NCBI RefSeq assembly: GCF_006345805.1 | Contig: NC_042997.1 | Span: 149,854,001-149,918,000, forward strand | DNA from: Octopus sinensis | Lineage: Eukaryota | Direction: 5' to 3' | Length of the DNA stretch: 64,000 bases | Part shown: positions 13,646 through 26,329 of the stretch, one piece after another | Numbering within the stretch: the first letter of the stretch is position 1 | How the letters are laid out: the number at the start of each line of letters is the position of its first letter | The notes under the pieces: generated by a model | Told to the model about the DNA's origin: nothing | Database searches by the model: none | What the model saw: the letters and a program-made list of their open reading frames with translations, nothing else | Made by a program: the position numbers and the translations under genes

Positions 13646-15029
13646 CATCATCATCATCATCATCATTATCATCATTATTATTATTAATATTATCATCGTA
13701 GCCGTCGTCGCTGTTGTTGTTAACTTAGTCCTTGAAACATGAATTTTGCTAATGAATTCCTTTATTGGTCACAACAGCTCCAACTATGGGAACAATGTAT
13801 GGACGAAGTATAAAGAAAACAGTGGGTGGGATTTCCATTAAGTAATCATGCGAAATCAACAATAACAATAAGGATTAATAAGAAATATTAAATATAAATA
13901 ACAATAATAATGCTTGCATAAAATTAATTTAAAATGTTCTGTATTCACACACACAGTTTCACACAGATATTTTCAAACACTAGCGCAGTATTAAACACCA
14001 GCTCACTACGCAGAAGCACTCTTAAGCACTCATATACCCCCACAATGCTTCTGTACTTATCTTAACACACACATGCGAAATGCATTTATACACAAAGTCT
14101 CACACACATCCACTCACAAACACACACACACTCTCCCTCTCTCTTTCACACAATCTCTCTCACTCACACTCTCTCACACACACAGTCATAAAAGAAACAA
14201 TACTGTTTTAAAAGGCAACATACGATTGTGGGTGACATTCATGGTGAAGTGAAGTGAAGCGTAGGGAAGCGGTGAGGAGATGTTTTTGACTTGGTGACCC
14301 GGTACAGTGACTGGGGCTAGAAAGTGGGAAGAGAACACATGGAGATACAGCACTTTGATATTAGGAGTTCATGTCGTTAGCAAGGAATTGGTAATATTAT
14401 CCCATGAAAAGGAACAGTAGATTGGCAGAGTCGAAAGGATATCGGACAAAATCCATTGTAGCATTTAGTCACGAAATTCGCATTCTCTTTAAGAATACTG
14501 TGAATGCCAACTTTGCATATCACCCTTCAAGTTAAATAAAATAAAGTACCAGTCAAGACCTGGGATGAATTTTATATTTTTATAAATCCCATTAAATGAA
14601 AAAGAATTAAAACAGAACAGTAAAACAAAGTCTATAAACAACGATGTCACTGAAATACTTAACACTTTTTCCATACAATTTTGATAAAGGTAATTATTGA
14701 TCCATTGAAACAGTAGTCACTTGTCAATATCGGCAGACATTTTACTTGTATAGAAGTTCTAAGGAACTAAGTTGTAGCACATTATATTCGAATCCCATAG
14801 GAGTCATCCTGTTGTCTACCGTTTCGATGTCGATAAAAATGCAGAGCAGTACAGGTTGAAAGTTATCGACTAATTCAGCTATTAGCACACCCCATTTTTT
14901 CTTTGTTACAAAACAATATATATTATATAAAATATTGTACACAACAAATTAGTTATCAGGATCTTTTAATGGAATATTAATAGAAATAATTTCCAATGTT
15001 AAAGTGAATACTGGAAGATACTCCATCAT

Positions 15030-15262
15030 AGTAGTAACCTGGCTGATGACAGTCAAGGCTGATCTGGAACCCAACCTAGGCCACCATGTCTACGGCGTTC
15101 ACCGCTGGAATAGGGAGTGGTTGGAGATCACGCGGTCGTTAGCCTCAAATTGCCAGGCCTGGTCGGCGTTTGTGAAAGATGCAGCATTGAGAATGAATAA
15201 TGCCAGCTCAACCCACCCCGGGTGAATGCTGTCTCAAGCAAGCAAGCAAGTAGTAACCCGGC
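15030..15262 (+). mobile_element. 5'-truncated RTE-like LINE 3' end with (CAAG)n tail and target-site duplication
   Basis: TWLMTVKADL...LASNCQAWSAFVKDA resembles the RTE ORF C-terminus; CAAGCAAGCAAG tail; AGTAGTAACC[T/C]GGC at 15030-15043 and 15249-15262. Confidence 0.7.
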
Positions 15263-15476
15263 GTGGTCATAGTGCCCAAAGAAGCATTGCGGTCACTTCA
15301 CTTGATCGGGAAGGTTTTGCATGATCGACGACTCCCACCCACCCCACATGATGGCGGTTCCCTTAAATCTTAATGTTCCCTAGACTTGGTCACAGCTAAG
15401 AAGCTGGAAAAAATTAAATGAGTAATACCTACACAACTGTAACACAGTCATTCATATAAAGAAATATAATATATAA

Positions 15477-15820
<344 letters not shown>

Positions 15821-16670
15821 ATTTATATATTAGAACAAGTACAAAGATATTTTTTTTCAATATTAAATACTGTACAGTATATATAAAGGATAAAATCCTT
15901 TTAAAAGCAGCAGAAGATTTTGCGACGTAATCTATATGACATCTAGCGTTTATGGATGACTTTATAACCTTTAAAATTGCAGATGAATTCGCTGGCAGTT
16001 TGGCTTAAAGGATAGATAACTCCAGCCGGATATTGGAAGGGTGTATTGTTCAGTATTTCTACTTGTTTTACAATGCATTTCAATGCTTCAAAAACACATA
16101 TTTTTATATTTGAAAATTTCCCTGTGTATCTATATATGTGTGTGCTTTGTTCAAATCATTATTATTAGACTTGTATGGTTTGTTACTTAAGACTAAAATT
16201 GGTGCGGCTGACTAGTTTCCGTTTTCTATTAACATCTTTTTGTTTCTCCTTTCTTTATTTTGTTTATGCTTAATACTTGAAAAATTTTGGATAATGTTTA
16301 TATTTATATGCCTTGGGCAAATGTCTACGAATTTAGCTTTGGGGTACACAGATGTGTGGGTGATTTTGAGAAACGCACCCTGACAGAAACCAGAGTTGTA
16401 TGGCTATGCCCACACACACACACAAACGCACACACACACACAATCACATGCACACGCGCATACGCATATACATAAATATGCATGTATTTGTATATACACA
16501 CATACGCATATATATATATAAATATATATATATATAAATATTTATCTGTCAGTTTCTCTTTCTTTCTCCTTCTCTGTGTATGTGTGTGTGTGTGTATGTG
16601 TGTGTGTGTGTGTGTGAGCATATATATATAGCTGTGCGTGAGTGTGTATTCTGATGTGCTCTGTGTTTGT

Positions 16671-16711
16671 ACATAGGTGCCTCTAAAATAGACATAGGTG
16701 CCTCTAAAATA
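16671..16711. repeat. 21-bp tandem duplication
   Basis: ACATAGGTGCCTCTAAAATA occurs twice in tandem. Confidence 0.9.
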
Positions 16712-16847
16712 CAACCTTGCTACTCAAGAAGTAGGATCGACAAAAGCAGTTGGCTGCGGAGAGCCAGCATTTTCGCATTCCAATGAGTAACAACGATAAC
16801 AGAGAATACCACTCCCAACACAAACATGCAGATATAATCATATATAT

Positions 16848-16913
16848 AAATCCTTAAAATCCTTTAAAATGTTTTAGCCCGAAGGCCGCGGCCATGCTGG
16901 GGCACCACCGCTG
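16848..16913 (-). mobile_element. Extreme 3' end of a CR1-group LINE or its partner SINE
   Basis: GGTGGTGCCCCAGCATGGCCG plus stem-loop, then AAAC and a short tandem tail (TTTAAGGA-like), abutting (TA)n. Confidence 0.65.
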
Positions 16914-16915
16914 GA

Positions 16916-17004
<89 letters not shown>

Positions 17005-17032
17005 TATATAAAGCAAGAGACAGCCTAAATCT

Positions 17033-17503
17033 ATGAAAAGTCTCCTAACACAAGCCCGAATACACTCTTCAACACAGAAGCCGACAGTAAAAAAATGTGG
17101 AAGACCCAATTGCGGGATATGCGATTATCTAATTGAGGGATCAGAGTTCTCCTTCAAACAGGGACAACGGTTTACAGTGAAAAGCAACTTCACATGTGCT
17201 TCGGAGAACCTAATATACTCACTAACCTGCTCCGGGTGTCAAGAGCAGTACATAGGCCAAACAAAAAATAGTTTGCGTAAAAGAATGGCCCTACACAGAT
17301 CCCAGATAAAAATTCCTCAAAACAGAAAAATAGCTTTCAGCCAACACATAGATACTTGCGCCAACAACAAAACACCAGGCTTCAGGATTTTCCCCCTCTA
17401 CCAATTTAGGGACGATACAACCTCGAGACAACGAATAAGTAAAGAAACTCTCCTTATTACAAAATACAGGCCACTTCTTAACGGGTCTACGACAAACGAT
17501 TAA
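17033..17503 (+). pseudogene. Penelope-like GIY-YIG endonuclease domain (C-terminal part of a PLE ORF; RT missing)
   Basis: CGRPNCGIC Cys-rich linker, LIYSLTCSGCQEQYIGQT, R..H...H (CCHH), KE..LI...RPLLN terminus. Confidence 0.85.
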
Positions 17504-18272
17504 TATACCTCAACTTTAGAATAAAAGAAATACACACACAAATATTACATTCCAAAGAATCCATTACAAATCAGCCCCAATCACAGCTATAAACCATAAC
17601 GTGCCAACTTCAAGTCATACAACACCTCACTACTTTCACCCATTCATATTCTCCCTTCTCTTTTTTCTTCTTCTTCCTCTTCTTCTTCATCATCATCATT
17701 ATCATCATCATCGTCGTCATCATCATCACCATCATCATCATCATCTTCTTCTTCTCCTTCTTCTTCTTCTTCTTCTTCTTCTTCTTCTTCTTCTTCTTCT
17801 TCATCATCATCATCATCATCATCATCAACATCGTCATCTTCTTCTTCTTCTTGTTCTTGTTCTTGTTCTTCTTCTTGTTCTTCTTCTTCTTCTTCTTCTC
17901 TTCTTCTTCTTCTTCTTCTTCTCCACTTTCTACCTCTTAACTTTATCACTAATGCTTTTTAGTATAACACCTACGCAAATTCCATAATCAAACCTTTCAA
18001 TAGAAATATTCTCCTGAATTGAACTGCAACTGCTAGCCGCCACTGACCATTCAAAATACGACCATCAAGGCACTCCCAAATTTTTCCACCCCCTCTCCTC
18101 ATCAACCTTCCTCTTCTTCTACCCTACCAAGAATTCACAACGGCCTCGAACACACAAGTGCAAACAAGGGAGACAGAGAAAGGCAGAATGCCACTTATAT
18201 TTGAACACTATACAAATATTCCTTTAAAAAAACTTTTCTTTTAATTTTTCCAAATTTAATTATTTAATCGTT

Positions 18273-18311
18273 ACAGTTGAAAAGGTCTCAAAATGACTGA
18301 AACCGGTATTG
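18273..18311 (+). ncRNA. Degenerate minimal type I hammerhead motif
   Basis: acag TTGAAAA ggtc-tcaaaat-gact GAA ACCGGT A ttg; palindromic stem III typical of PLE hammerheads; core differs from CUGANGA at two positions. Confidence 0.55.
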
Positions 18312-18370
18312 AAATGTTCTTTATAAAATTATTTTAGCATTTTCTATTTTGACTTGTTTTTTCATATATT

Positions 18371-19740
18371 TCTCTCTCGTCGTCCACTATAATCCAGCGT
18401 TTGCAATACTTTTTTCGTCTGGCGTTAACAGCCCTTCTTATCTTGTTCTCCTTGTCCTGTCTCTCACTGTTATATATTTATTTTTCCACTGTTTACATAT
18501 ATATTTTTTACTGTTTATATGTTTGTACTGTCGTTACCGTCTTGCTTTTTTTTTTTTTTTTTACCCCTCTGCGAAAAGATCTCAGAATTTTAATTGATTT
18601 GCTTTTCGCAGGAAGGAAGTTTTCTTCGAAGTATACGTCTCGCTTTTATCCTTCGAAACGTTTAGTACATGAAACCTTAGCGACTGAAGAAGGGGATTTT
18701 TCGTTGTGCTTATTGTCCTGTATCTCTTTTTTTTTGCTTGTCTTGTTCCTTGGTTTGTGTCTATGTTTTTCGTCTCTCTATGTGTTCGACGTCTTTTTGG
18801 TGTCCTGTACACATATATGCGTGTATATGTACATGTAGAGGTAGGTACGTACATATATGTTTATATATATGCATATGTTCTTTTTATTAACATATTATAC
18901 GACTAAACGCACGCACCCTATTAAGTAAGATTGTTCTGTTTATCAAGTTAGCCTTGATATTAACTCTCACGCGACTCTGCATCTTTCTTTCTTTCTCTCC
19001 CATTCCCTTTTTCGTCTTTTTTCCCTCACTTAACTTGTCTCTTCCTCTCTCTCTCGCCCCCTCACCGTTCTTCATGGTCTCCTCGCACCATTCCCCTTCT
19101 TCTCTCTCTTCCTCTTGCTCCTCCTCCCCCATTTCCGTCGTCCATCTGCGACGATACTTCCACCGTAACTGCTATCCTGTCTTTTCTCGCCCGCCTTCGA
19201 AGGCTACTGGTCGACATTCTTTCTCTCTCGTCGTCCACTATAATCCAGCGTTTGCAATACTTTTTTCGTCTGGCGTTAACAGCCCTTCTTATCTTGTTCT
19301 CCTTGTCCTGTCTCTCACTGTTATATATTTATTTTCCACTGTTTACATATATATTTTTTACTGTTTATATGTTTGTACTGTCGTTACCGTCTTGCTTTTT
19401 TTTTTTTTTTACCCTCTGCGAAAAGATCTCAGAATTTTAATTGATTTGCTTTTCGCAGGAAGGAAGTTTCTTCGAAGTATACGTCTCGCTTTTATCCTTC
19501 GAAACGTTTAGTAGATGAAACCTTAGCGACTGAAGAAGGGGATTTTTCGTTGTGCTTATTGTCCTGTATCTCTTTTTTTTGCTTGTCTTGTTCCTTGGTT
19601 TGTGTCTATGTTTTCGTCTCTCTATGTGTTCGACGTCTTTTTGGTGTCCTGTACACATATATGCGTGTATATGTACATGTAGAGGTAGGTACGTACATAT
19701 ATGTTTATATATATGCATATGTTCTTTTTATTAACATATA
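18371..19740. repeat. Two ~520-bp near-identical direct repeats (18371-18895 and 19222-19740) around a ~325-bp spacer; pseudo-LTR-like
   Basis: Both copies begin TCTCTCTCGTCGTCCACTATAATCC and end TTCTTTTTATTAACATA; differences are mostly homopolymer length. Confidence 0.9.
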
Positions 19741-19744
19741 TATA

Positions 19745-19775
<31 letters not shown>

Positions 19776-19841
19776 CATATACTTATGTATAAATATATAC
19801 AACACACGAACACTTATATATATATACATATATAAAATTAG

Positions 19842-19984
19842 TGCTAGTAGGAGCAGTCAAAACGTCCCAAAAAACATTTAAAAGCAATTTCGAAGGCAAT
19901 GAAACATGAAAATCTTTTATTTTACATTCCCTTCGAAATTGCTCTTAAATGTGATTTTGCATGTTTTGACTGCTCCTTCTAGCA
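19842..19984. repeat. Imperfect inverted repeat (~64-bp arms), foldback/MITE-like
   Basis: TGCTAGTAGGAGCAGTCAAAAC...GCAATTTCGAAGG versus CCTTCGAAATTGC...GTTTTGACTGCTCCTTCTAGCA. Confidence 0.85.
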
Positions 19985-20177
19985 TTTAAAGCGGCCTGTT
20001 AAGTGTCGACAATTTTGTGTTTAAATGTATACTAATGTTATATTGAAAATATGTTGTCTATTGACTTTTTATACATGCTAGGCCACTAGTAAGGAAATTT
20101 CTAAAATTTTACTACCCTATGTTATTTTATACATATACACACACACACGCACACATACACGCATATATATATGTATG

Positions 20178-20243
<66 letters not shown>

Positions 20244-20309
20244 CAGAAAGAGAGAGGGAAAGAGAGAGAGTGAGTGAGAGAGGAAGAAAAGATTGAGACA
20301 GACAATTAG

Positions 20310-20467
<158 letters not shown>

Positions 20468-21280
20468 GTTTGAGACCGACACTTGACAAAAAGAGTAAGC
20501 CCTGAGCTGAATAATTTCCTTCGTAGTTCCTTATGTTCTACTACTATTTTGCGAAATTCAAGTTTCTGGAAGAATTTTAGTTACACTCTTTTGGGAAAGG
20601 ATTCGAACGCAGAAAGCATAGGATCTAAACTGCATTGTACAAAATAATGTATATGACGCTCTTAATTTTAAGTAATTGAACATCCATTAGTATAATTACT
20701 AATAATTATTGATTAATAGCGATAACAGGAATTAGAAACTAACAATATGGAAATAAAGTAGGAAAGAATGGAATTAAATATGTAAGAAAAGCAAAAAAAT
20801 AACATTATAAAATAACGAAAGAAGGAAATAACGAATGAGTGAATGGTTGAATAAAAGGAAAATGAGAAGAATCCCTAGGGAGTTGATTTTAGGTAATGAA
20901 TTTGCCATTTTCATAGGATGTATGATATTTTAGTCTTATTTTACACAATTGACATCTTCAATTTTTGCTATCATTATTACTGTTTTTTTTTTTTTGTTTT
21001 TTTTAGAAAATGACTCCATTTGCTTGTAGTCACCATTTATTAGTAAAGGATGATGCTGTTGTGTGAGGGTGGTTGAACGGAAGGAAATTCTTGCTATTCA
21101 TACAACATCCTTAATCTCTTGTTACTTCTTTGATGAAATTTCAGAAGATGATCTCATTCAATTCAATGTAGTCGACCTGTCAAACATTTGTGCCAGCAGA
21201 CGACACAAAATGCTTTTGTTATTTTTCTCTTGGATATTTCCTATTATCTTCCATTGTTATATTACGTTATATAATAGGTA

Positions 21281-21324
<44 letters not shown>

Positions 21325-21827
21325 TATATATATATAATGCTCGAAAATAGTACGAATGTAAAATGTAATTTAGCAGTCAATACCAAAATAATTAAAGTAA
21401 ATAGTAACAAAAATAAAAGATTTTACTGAAATTATTAACCTCACGTTTTCTCGTTCTTCCCGTTTATCTTTCTCTCTTCACACTTTTTGTCTCTTTTCTC
21501 TGTCTCGCTTTTCTCTTTCCGTCTGTCTATCTCTCTCTCCTCCTCCTCCTCTCTCTTTCCGTTGTTTTGTTTTTCGTCATCTAAGAGTCTGGTTCTTCAT
21601 TTGTCCATCTGTCCTCCTACAATCGAATATTCGTTAATAAATTGGGCTGTTTTATTATTTGCTTTTTTTTCATATTATGTTCTTATTTTAAAGAAATATT
21701 AAATGAAACATCCATTGTCTGATAAACTTCCATTTTCCTCTTCTATTCTTTCGATTCTTTTGAATTGTCTGTAAAGTAAGATTAGCAATGATAAAAAAAA
21801 ACGACCACTGCTATTACCTCCACTAGA

Positions 21828-21910
21828 AATAATAATAATAATAATAATGATAATAACAATAATAATAGCAACAACAATACTAATGATATTAGGATAATAA
21901 TAATAATAAC

Positions 21911-21985
<75 letters not shown>
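21828..21985. repeat. (AAT)n microsatellite
   Basis: Direct reading. Confidence 0.95.
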
Positions 21986-21986
<1 letters not shown>

Positions 21987-22530
21987 GCACTATTGTTCGA
22001 CGGTGCTGGTGTGGCACAGGAAAGAGCAGGATAAATCATTAATTTAATTGCCCAGACGAAGCATAATCGCAAACATTTTTCAAACTAATGAACAAAGGGA
22101 TTTTTAGTAAACGCAAAGAGCTAGAAATGTTTACGGAAGCTGCTTTGTCGATTAAAACATCCCCGGTACGTGTTTCATCTGACTTTGAAAACAGAAATGC
22201 GACGAAGTCCTATGCAGGCTTCGATCTGTGTATTCTCGCTAACTCCAACCAGTGTGCAAAACACAATTGTAAACAGTTATAAGCTACTTATAACTCCCTG
22301 TACAGAAGATTGATAATATTCTCTAATGAAGATCTAATAAGATTTCATCAAAGAATATCAGCCCAACCCCGAGACTAAACTTTACTTTTCAAATCGATGC
22401 GTAAAATTATATATGTATACATAAATATACATATATATAATCTTATATCTCACCCGATGTATATATGTATCACATGTGAATCGTTGGCGATTTTCTTCCT
22501 CCGTCTTTCCTTCTATTCGACTTTCCTCTG

Positions 22531-22564
22531 ATTCCGAAGAAGAGCGTCTGCTCGTAACGTTAAT
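22531..22564 (+). ncRNA. Degenerate minimal hammerhead (GAGC/GCTC stem II family)
   Basis: att CCGAAGA A gagc-gtct-gctc GTAACGT T aat. Confidence 0.5.
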
Positions 22565-22734
22565 AAATCTTTCCTACCCTGAGCGTCTGCTAATACAATA
22601 CATTACCTCGGAATGTTTTCTACACACTAGTTTCATCACGAAAACTATGAGAATCCCTCTACGCTGTCACATAACCTATATAGGCAGGCATATTGCTATT
22701 TCCGATAGGTCTTCGAAGGGACGCAGCCAAGATC

Positions 22735-22915
22735 CTTTCTGTCATGAATGACCATGGGATTGCACCAAGAATGCTCTCCTCCACAACACTAGTCCTAGCT
22801 AGATTGTTTATAGACGACCATCAATTCCCATGGATACATCCTTCCCTCTCTATACTACCAATTTTATGCAAAAGAAAGGCAAAGGCCAAAACAGCATGGC
22901 ACCATTGACGTCTCT
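22735..22915 (-). mobile_element. 3' part of SINE family C
   Basis: GTCATGAATGACCATGGGATTGCACC...AAAGGCAAAGGCC..ACAGCATGGCA matches 7325-7490. Confidence 0.7.
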
Positions 22916-22932
22916 ATTCACTTCTAAGGGAA

Positions 22933-23038
<106 letters not shown>

Positions 23039-23047
23039 ATACATACA

Positions 23048-23865
23048 CACTTAGATACTTAGATAGGTTTCGGCTGAAGTTCGCTTAGGACATGATTAAT
23101 TTAATAACACCTCCTGGAAGAGATACACAGTCAGCTCTTGAGCACCATAGTCAATTCGAGCAGCGAGTTATTGTTTTCAGAGATATATCCGGGTGTCGGT
23201 TGTTTGTCTGATATTTGTTGGAGGTAATGATCTAGGGACCGTTTGAATGCCGTGAAATCACTTTCATCCTTTATGTGGGATGGCACGATGTTGAAATAGT
23301 TCTGCCGTGGTGTTGTGATAGGACATGAACACGATTTCTGTTGTGGACGGATGGCACGGGATTCAAGTCTCGGAAGTATTTTAAAGATGACAACTATATC
23401 ATTTGAGTAATGTTGATGGAATATTTTCCACAACATACTGATGATATAGCGCTCGCAGCGGCGCTGGAGGGAGTAAAGCCTCGGCTTTTTGAGTCGATCT
23501 ATTTTCTTTGTGACTGATCTCTGGGGAGCTTCAATTTTCATAATCGTGTGTGGGACCACAGTGGACAACAGTATTCCAGGTGAGGGTGAGCAAGCGTAGA
23601 GAAAAGTAGAATAACGGTCGAGGCGTCTCTAGAATGGAAAGTATCAAGAATCCAGGAGCATGCCCTACGAGCTATGTCAGCTTTGCTGTTTATGTGAGCA
23701 CTCCAGCATATTTTGCTGTCAACAGTAACACCCGGGTCTCTAGCAGTGCTGGATACAACAAGGGTTTCACCCGAGATAAAACTGTATGCTTGCTGGAATG
23801 CATTTTCTTTACCGAAGCGGAGTACATTGAATGTTTTCTCGTTTAGCTGCATCTTATGTTTCTCA
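23048..23865 (-). mobile_element. Decayed 5'-truncated copy of the CR1-group LINE family at 50120-53352
   Basis: PHLEYCCPLWSHTR and LYSLQRRCERYII motifs with a frameshift; 3' UTR and (ATCTAAGT)2 tail homologous to 53280-53350. Confidence 0.85.
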
Positions 23866-23896
23866 ATATATATGCATACACACACACACACACACT

Positions 23897-23944
23897 GACT
23901 GTAGTCGTAGATAATTAATCACCTCTAAGCGACGAAGAAATATC

Positions 23945-24037
<93 letters not shown>

Positions 24038-24119
24038 ATATAGTTAAACATATAATATATACATACGTATATATATATACATATATACATATATATGTAC
24101 ACATATATTTATAAATATA

Positions 24120-24151
<32 letters not shown>

Positions 24152-24719
24152 CGTCCATGTTTGTGTGTATACGAATACGGGAAGAAATAATAGTCATGAG
24201 TATGTATATGAACCATTTCATGAGTTGTCCTCTGTATATTTATTGTAGAAAGTCAACATAAAACTTTTTGTTACTTTCAGCGACGTCTTTCGCTCTTATC
24301 AATTTCTATTCCTTTACTTTTCGTCTCGCTACATAGCAAATAAAAGTAACACTATATACAGCATTATTTTTGCTTATTCCTTGACGTTGGTGTCGTTGAT
24401 CATGATGATTTTACTGCTATTTTGTCTGTGTATTTGTTGTATATTATATATGATATCATTTCGATTAAATATGTTATGTGATACGACTGTTTTCAACGCC
24501 AGTCAGTGGCCTTTAGCACACATATAATGTTTCAGAAAACAAGTGAGTGCATTATGTGTTTTTGTTTTCACTGTTTCCGCTTCCCAATACATCTTGGCAA
24601 TTTGTCTAGATCAATAGATTTTTGCCCTCTTCAGCTTTTACGTCATATACAAGCAGTTAACTTCTGTCGATAACATTTCTTCGACGCTTAGACGTGATTA
24701 ATTGTCTACGACTATAGTC
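23897..24719. mobile_element. Segment bounded by 45-bp terminal inverted repeats (MITE-like)
   Basis: 23897-23941 versus reverse complement of 24675-24719: 41/45 identical; flanked by (CA)n on the left and (TG)n on the right. Confidence 0.65.
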
Positions 24720-24949
24720 GGTGTGTGTATGTGTGTGTATACATGTATATGTGTATATATAAGTATATGTGTATATATATGTATATATATATATACATGT
24801 ATATATACATGTATATGTATATATATGTATATACATGTATATATATATATAAGTATATGTATATATATATATGTATACATATACATATATATCTACATAT
24901 TCATGTGTATATATATATATATATATATATATCATCATCATCATCAATT

Positions 24950-25145
24950 CAACAAAACACAGACAAGAAGAAACAAAACAAACGTTTGGACGTGGCACAA
25001 GCAATGTATCAATAAGACACCTAGAGAAGGAAAAGAGTAGAAGTTCTAAGTTTCGAGCATAGCTCTTCTTCGGAAGCAGGAATAAACAGGAAAGTCCAAG
25101 ACGAAGGAGGAAAAAATATCGACAACAATCACGTGCGGTTACATT
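24950..25145 (-). mobile_element. Penelope pseudo-LTR-like short repeat with degenerate hammerhead at 25044-25076
   Basis: Minus strand: ctt CCGAAGA A gagc-tat-gctc GAAAC TT agaa; both ends in microsatellites. Confidence 0.55.
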
Positions 25146-25152
25146 TTTGTAT

Positions 25153-25216
<64 letters not shown>

Positions 25217-25224
25217 ATGCGTGT

Positions 25225-25680
25225 ATGCCTTTCTGTGGAAGATCATAGGCTCGAAACGTTAAAGAATTTTTCTCTCTCCAAGCGTTCAATAATACATCCT
25301 TTTGTTGTATACACTACCTGCTTTCGTCTTTTGTTTTTCTGTGAAATCTCCCTATATATTACACGCTCACGTGGTCGCTCCAGTTGATCCTTTCTCCTCT
25401 CATTTACACTTCAGCTGCATCTCTCCTGCCCATGCATTGCACTGGACTCCTCTGTTGATGATAAATCGCTCCAATACACCACGACGTTCGAAGCTTTAAA
25501 ACCTTTTGAACTTTTCTTAACTTTGTTGTACTTTCTAAACTTTTTTTTCTATTTTCACTCCATGATTATTTCTGAGGAAGAACATAGGCTTCAAACGTTA
25601 AAGACGTTTTCACTTCTCGAGCATCTGTTTGTTGTCTACACCTTCTGTCTTCGTCTTTTTTTTTTGTAAATTCTCTATAT
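25225..25680 (+). mobile_element. Tandem pair of hammerhead-bearing pseudo-LTR-like units (25225-25355, 25565-25680)
   Basis: cttt CTGTGGA A gatc-atag-gctc GAAACGT T aaag and ttt CTGAGGA A gaac-atag-gctt CAAACGT T aaag, each followed by a similar TTTGTTGT.TACAC...TTCGTCTTTT tail. Confidence 0.65.
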
Positions 25681-25720
25681 ATGTGTATGTCCCTATGTAT
25701 GCATGTATATGTGCGTGCGC

Positions 25721-25765
<45 letters not shown>

Positions 25766-26329
25766 TATGTAATACATAATTTTACCTAAGTAAGGAAAGC
25801 TAAATTGAATAGTTACTTAATAATGTACTCAAGCTTTTTTCTGTTTAAAATCTTTTGGCAATTCTAAAATTCTGTATAACATATAGTACAAAAAAGCCTG
25901 AAATTTCTTTGTTCTCAGTTTTTCTAGTGGTAAAATATATCACTTTGTTATCCATCTGTGTTTGATAGAAAATTAAGACTCTTGCGTCAGCTATCAGGAG
26001 TAAATTGAAAAACGTAAAAAATCGAAAAAATGTATTTCAGTAAATAAATTATGAGTTCTAACTTTATATTTTGTGACACCGACAGTTCAAACAATTGAAG
26101 ACGGGAAACAGCGTGACAATATATATTTCATAGTGGCTACCAGCCAAACTACATTACTGACTCAAATAACTGACCACTGTCCTCCTACTACGGCTACGGT
26201 AAATAGCAGGCACAACCGCAACGATTATAATTGAAGTAAAGGTAGTCAGGATTAGATGCCGGTGAAATGTACCGTTACTGAAATTATCAGAGAAAAATTA
26301 AGCTTAGATTTGAAGTACTGCCTCGAGGA

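Larger units (their letters stand above)
17020..18345 (+). mobile_element. 5'-truncated Penelope-like element (Neptune-like endonuclease) with 3' region and degenerate hammerhead
   Basis: Starts directly after (TA)n; GIY-YIG ORF, then a CTT/CAT-rich tract and a hammerhead remnant at 18273-18311. Confidence 0.75.
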
